This document shows positions 61,869 to 64,000 of a DNA stretch of 64,000 nt, piece by piece. Below the pieces are notes generated by a model. The model was given only the letters and a program-made list of their open reading frames with translations. It made no database searches and was not told the DNA's origin. Position numbers and translations under genes: made by a program. Each line of letters opens with the position of its first letter. The stretch's first letter is position 1. This DNA is from an uncultured Planctomycetota bacterium (lineage in GTDB: Bacteria > Planctomycetota > Phycisphaerae > Tepidisphaerales > Tepidisphaeraceae), in NCBI GenBank assembly GCA_963841915.1, contig CAWJEN010000006.1, positions 1,408,001 through 1,472,000 of the forward strand, read 5' to 3'.

Positions 61869-64000
61869 ATGGCCGGCCTCCTCGCGACGCTGTTCGGCCG
61901 GAACGGTTCAACCACCTCCAACGGTTCCTCCGCTACCGACCTCACCCGATTTGACGACGCGTTCGAACGCCGCGTCTTCGACATCGGCCGAGACTTCCTC
62001 GCCGACGCTCGGGCGAATCAGGATGGCCTGCTGTCGCGGCGATTCTGGAATGACAAGCTGATGGACTGGTCGATGAAGGACGACGCCTTCAAAGTCCAGC
62101 TCTTTCGCTTCGTCGACGCGTTCCCGAACTTTAAGACGCCGAACGAGATCTACGAGCACCTGATCGACTTTATGAGCCAGCCGGGCGTCAAGCCGCCGCC
62201 GGGGATGCAGCTCGGACTCAAGGCCGGCGGGGCGATGAAGGGCACGGTCGCCAAGACGATGGCCGGGCAGATCACCGGGATGGCTGAGAAGTTCATCGCA
62301 GGCACGGACGCCGCCGACGCCAAGGACAAGCTGCGCCAGATGTGGGAAAAGGGGTTGTGCTTCAGCGTCGACCTCTTGGGCGAGGCGTGCATCAGCGACG
62401 TCGAGGCCGACGCGTATCAGCAGAAGTACCTGGATCTCGTCGAAAACCTGCCGCAGTGGGTGAACGACTGGCCGGCGAACGAGCGATTGGAGCGCGACCA
62501 CCTCGGCCCGATCCCGCGGACGAACGTCAGCATCAAGTGCAGCAGCCTTGTCGCGCGGTTCGACCCGATTGCGTTCGACGCGTGCATCGACGCGGCGATG
62601 AAGCGGATCGTGCCGATCCTCGAAGCGGCGAAGGCGAAGAACGTCTTCATCAACTTCGACATGGAGTCGTTCGCGACGAAGGACCTGACGATCGAGCTGT
62701 TCAAGCGGTGCTGCGAGACCGTCGACTTCGAGGCCGGCATTGCCATGCAGGCTTACCTGCGGTCGGGTGATGATGATGCGAAGCACGTCATCGAGTGGTC
62801 GCAACGGACCGGCCGCGTCGTGACGGTTCGGCTGGTGAAGGGGGCGTACTGGGACTACGAGACGATCCACGCCGAGCAGATGGGCTGGCCGCAGCCGGTG
62901 TGGCCGGCGAAGGCGCAGACGGACGCGTGCTTCGAGCGGATGACGCGCGCGTTCATCGAGAGCACGCCTGCGTTAGCGACAAACCCCCTGCGAGCCCCGA
63001 CCGTGAGGGAGGGGTTCCAGGGAGTCGTGCAGAACCAGAACCTGAACCCCTCCCTGACGGTTGGGGCTCGCAACGGGGAAGCGACGACGCACACTCGAGC
63101 TGGCGGGGCAAGCTCGCGCTCGGGTCGCACAACGTCCGCTCCATCGCCGTCGCCCTGGCGGCGTTGGAGGAACGAGGCCTGCCGCCGTCGGCGATCGAGC
63201 TGCAGATGCTCTACGGCATGGCCGACCCGCTGAAAGTCGCTGCCGGCAAACGAAACCTTAGGGTCCGCGAGTACGTGCCTGTCGGCGAGATGGTGCCGGG
63301 CATGGCTTACCTCGTGCGGCGGCTGCTGGAGAACACGAGCAACGAGTCGTGGCTCAAAGCCGGCTTTGCCAGCGATGCGCCGGCGGAGGAACTGTTGGCG
63401 AAGCCGACGGGTTTCGAGAGTGAGAATTGGCGTCAAATGTCGCCGGCGTGGGACCTGAGGACGCGAATATATCACGATCTGGCGAGCAGCAGCTGGCCTG
63501 AACAGCGAGCGCCGCTTCCGTTCTTCACGGAGTCGCTACGTGATTTCGCGGATGCAGAGCAACGCCAAGCCTTTGCCAAGAGCGTGTCCTCCGCGACGAG
63601 CCCTGAGCGTGAGCGAGGGGATTCGGGAAGTCGCGCAGAACCCCTCGCTCACGCTCGGGGCTCGTCCGACGAGGAAGTCGATAGCGTTGTCGTTCAAGCT
63701 CAAAATGCTGTACACACTTGGCGCGATACGCCGACCGTCGACCGCGCCCGCTGTCTGATCCGCGCCGCCGACCTGATGCGTGAGCGACGCGACGAGCTTG
63801 CCGGCGTCATCATCAAAGAGTCGGGCAAGTCCTGGCGAGAGGCCGACGCCGACGTGTGCAAGGCGATCGACTTCTGCGAGTTCTACGCCCGCGAGGCCGT
63901 CGCACTGTTCGAGCCCGAACGTTTGGGCCGCTTTGTCGGCGAGCACAACGAGCTGCGTCACGAGCCGCGTGGCGTGTGCGTCGTCATCAGCCCGTGGAAC
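61869..64000 (+). CDS. putA: Bifunctional proline dehydrogenase/P5C dehydrogenase; frameshift at ~63108, runs off the window end
   Basis: FKVQLFRFVD, DLLGE and RLVKGAYWD. In the shifted frame: KLALGSHN, QMLYGM, AYLVRRLLENTSN, AIDFCEFY and GVCVVISPWN. Confidence 0.93.
62989..63072. repeat. REP-like palindrome inside the putA coding sequence
   Basis: TGCGAGCCCCGACCGTGAGGGAGGGGTTC ... GAACCCCTCCCTGACGGTTGGGGCTCGCA. Confidence 0.85.
63595..63666. repeat. Second REP-like palindrome inside the putA coding sequence
   Basis: GACGAGCCCTGAGCGTGAGCGAGGGG ... CCCCTCGCTCACGCTCGGGGCTCGTC. Confidence 0.85.

Overview
High-GC chromosomal window, most likely from a planctomycete of the Phycisphaerae type. 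This is inferred from an EPLESRRLL export motif, PEP-CTERM proteins and a CxxCGYDL..CPECG membrane protein. It is mostly housekeeping and envelope genes (tatD, lptF-like, aat, ribBA, tsaB, eno, ybeY, pyrK, purE, proB, dxr, rseP, putA), plus tRNA-Pro(TGG), tRNA-Leu(CAA), two MCPs and a cheR-cheD-cheY-cheX-cheB cluster. Five things stand out. (1) A ~4-kb island at 51.6-55.7 kb beside tRNA-Leu has ~15 full copies of a 20-bp imperfect palindrome (AAAGGGGTCGCGAGCCTTTT). These delimit three low-GC orphan genes, a re-used promoter-like module, an IS fragment and truncated copies of the 5' end of the adjacent REP-associated tyrosine transposase, giving a candidate RAYT/REP gene-capture array. (2) Two inverted, homologous ~300-bp non-coding modules each carry a parS doublet spaced 73-74 bp apart. 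(3) A plasmid-type ParA + RHH cassette has a 50-bp upstream palindrome. (4) Two REP-like palindromes are translated in frame inside putA. (5) Single-base frameshifts occur in ribBA, tsaB and putA, probably assembly errors. All calls come from reading the sequence; no searches were run.
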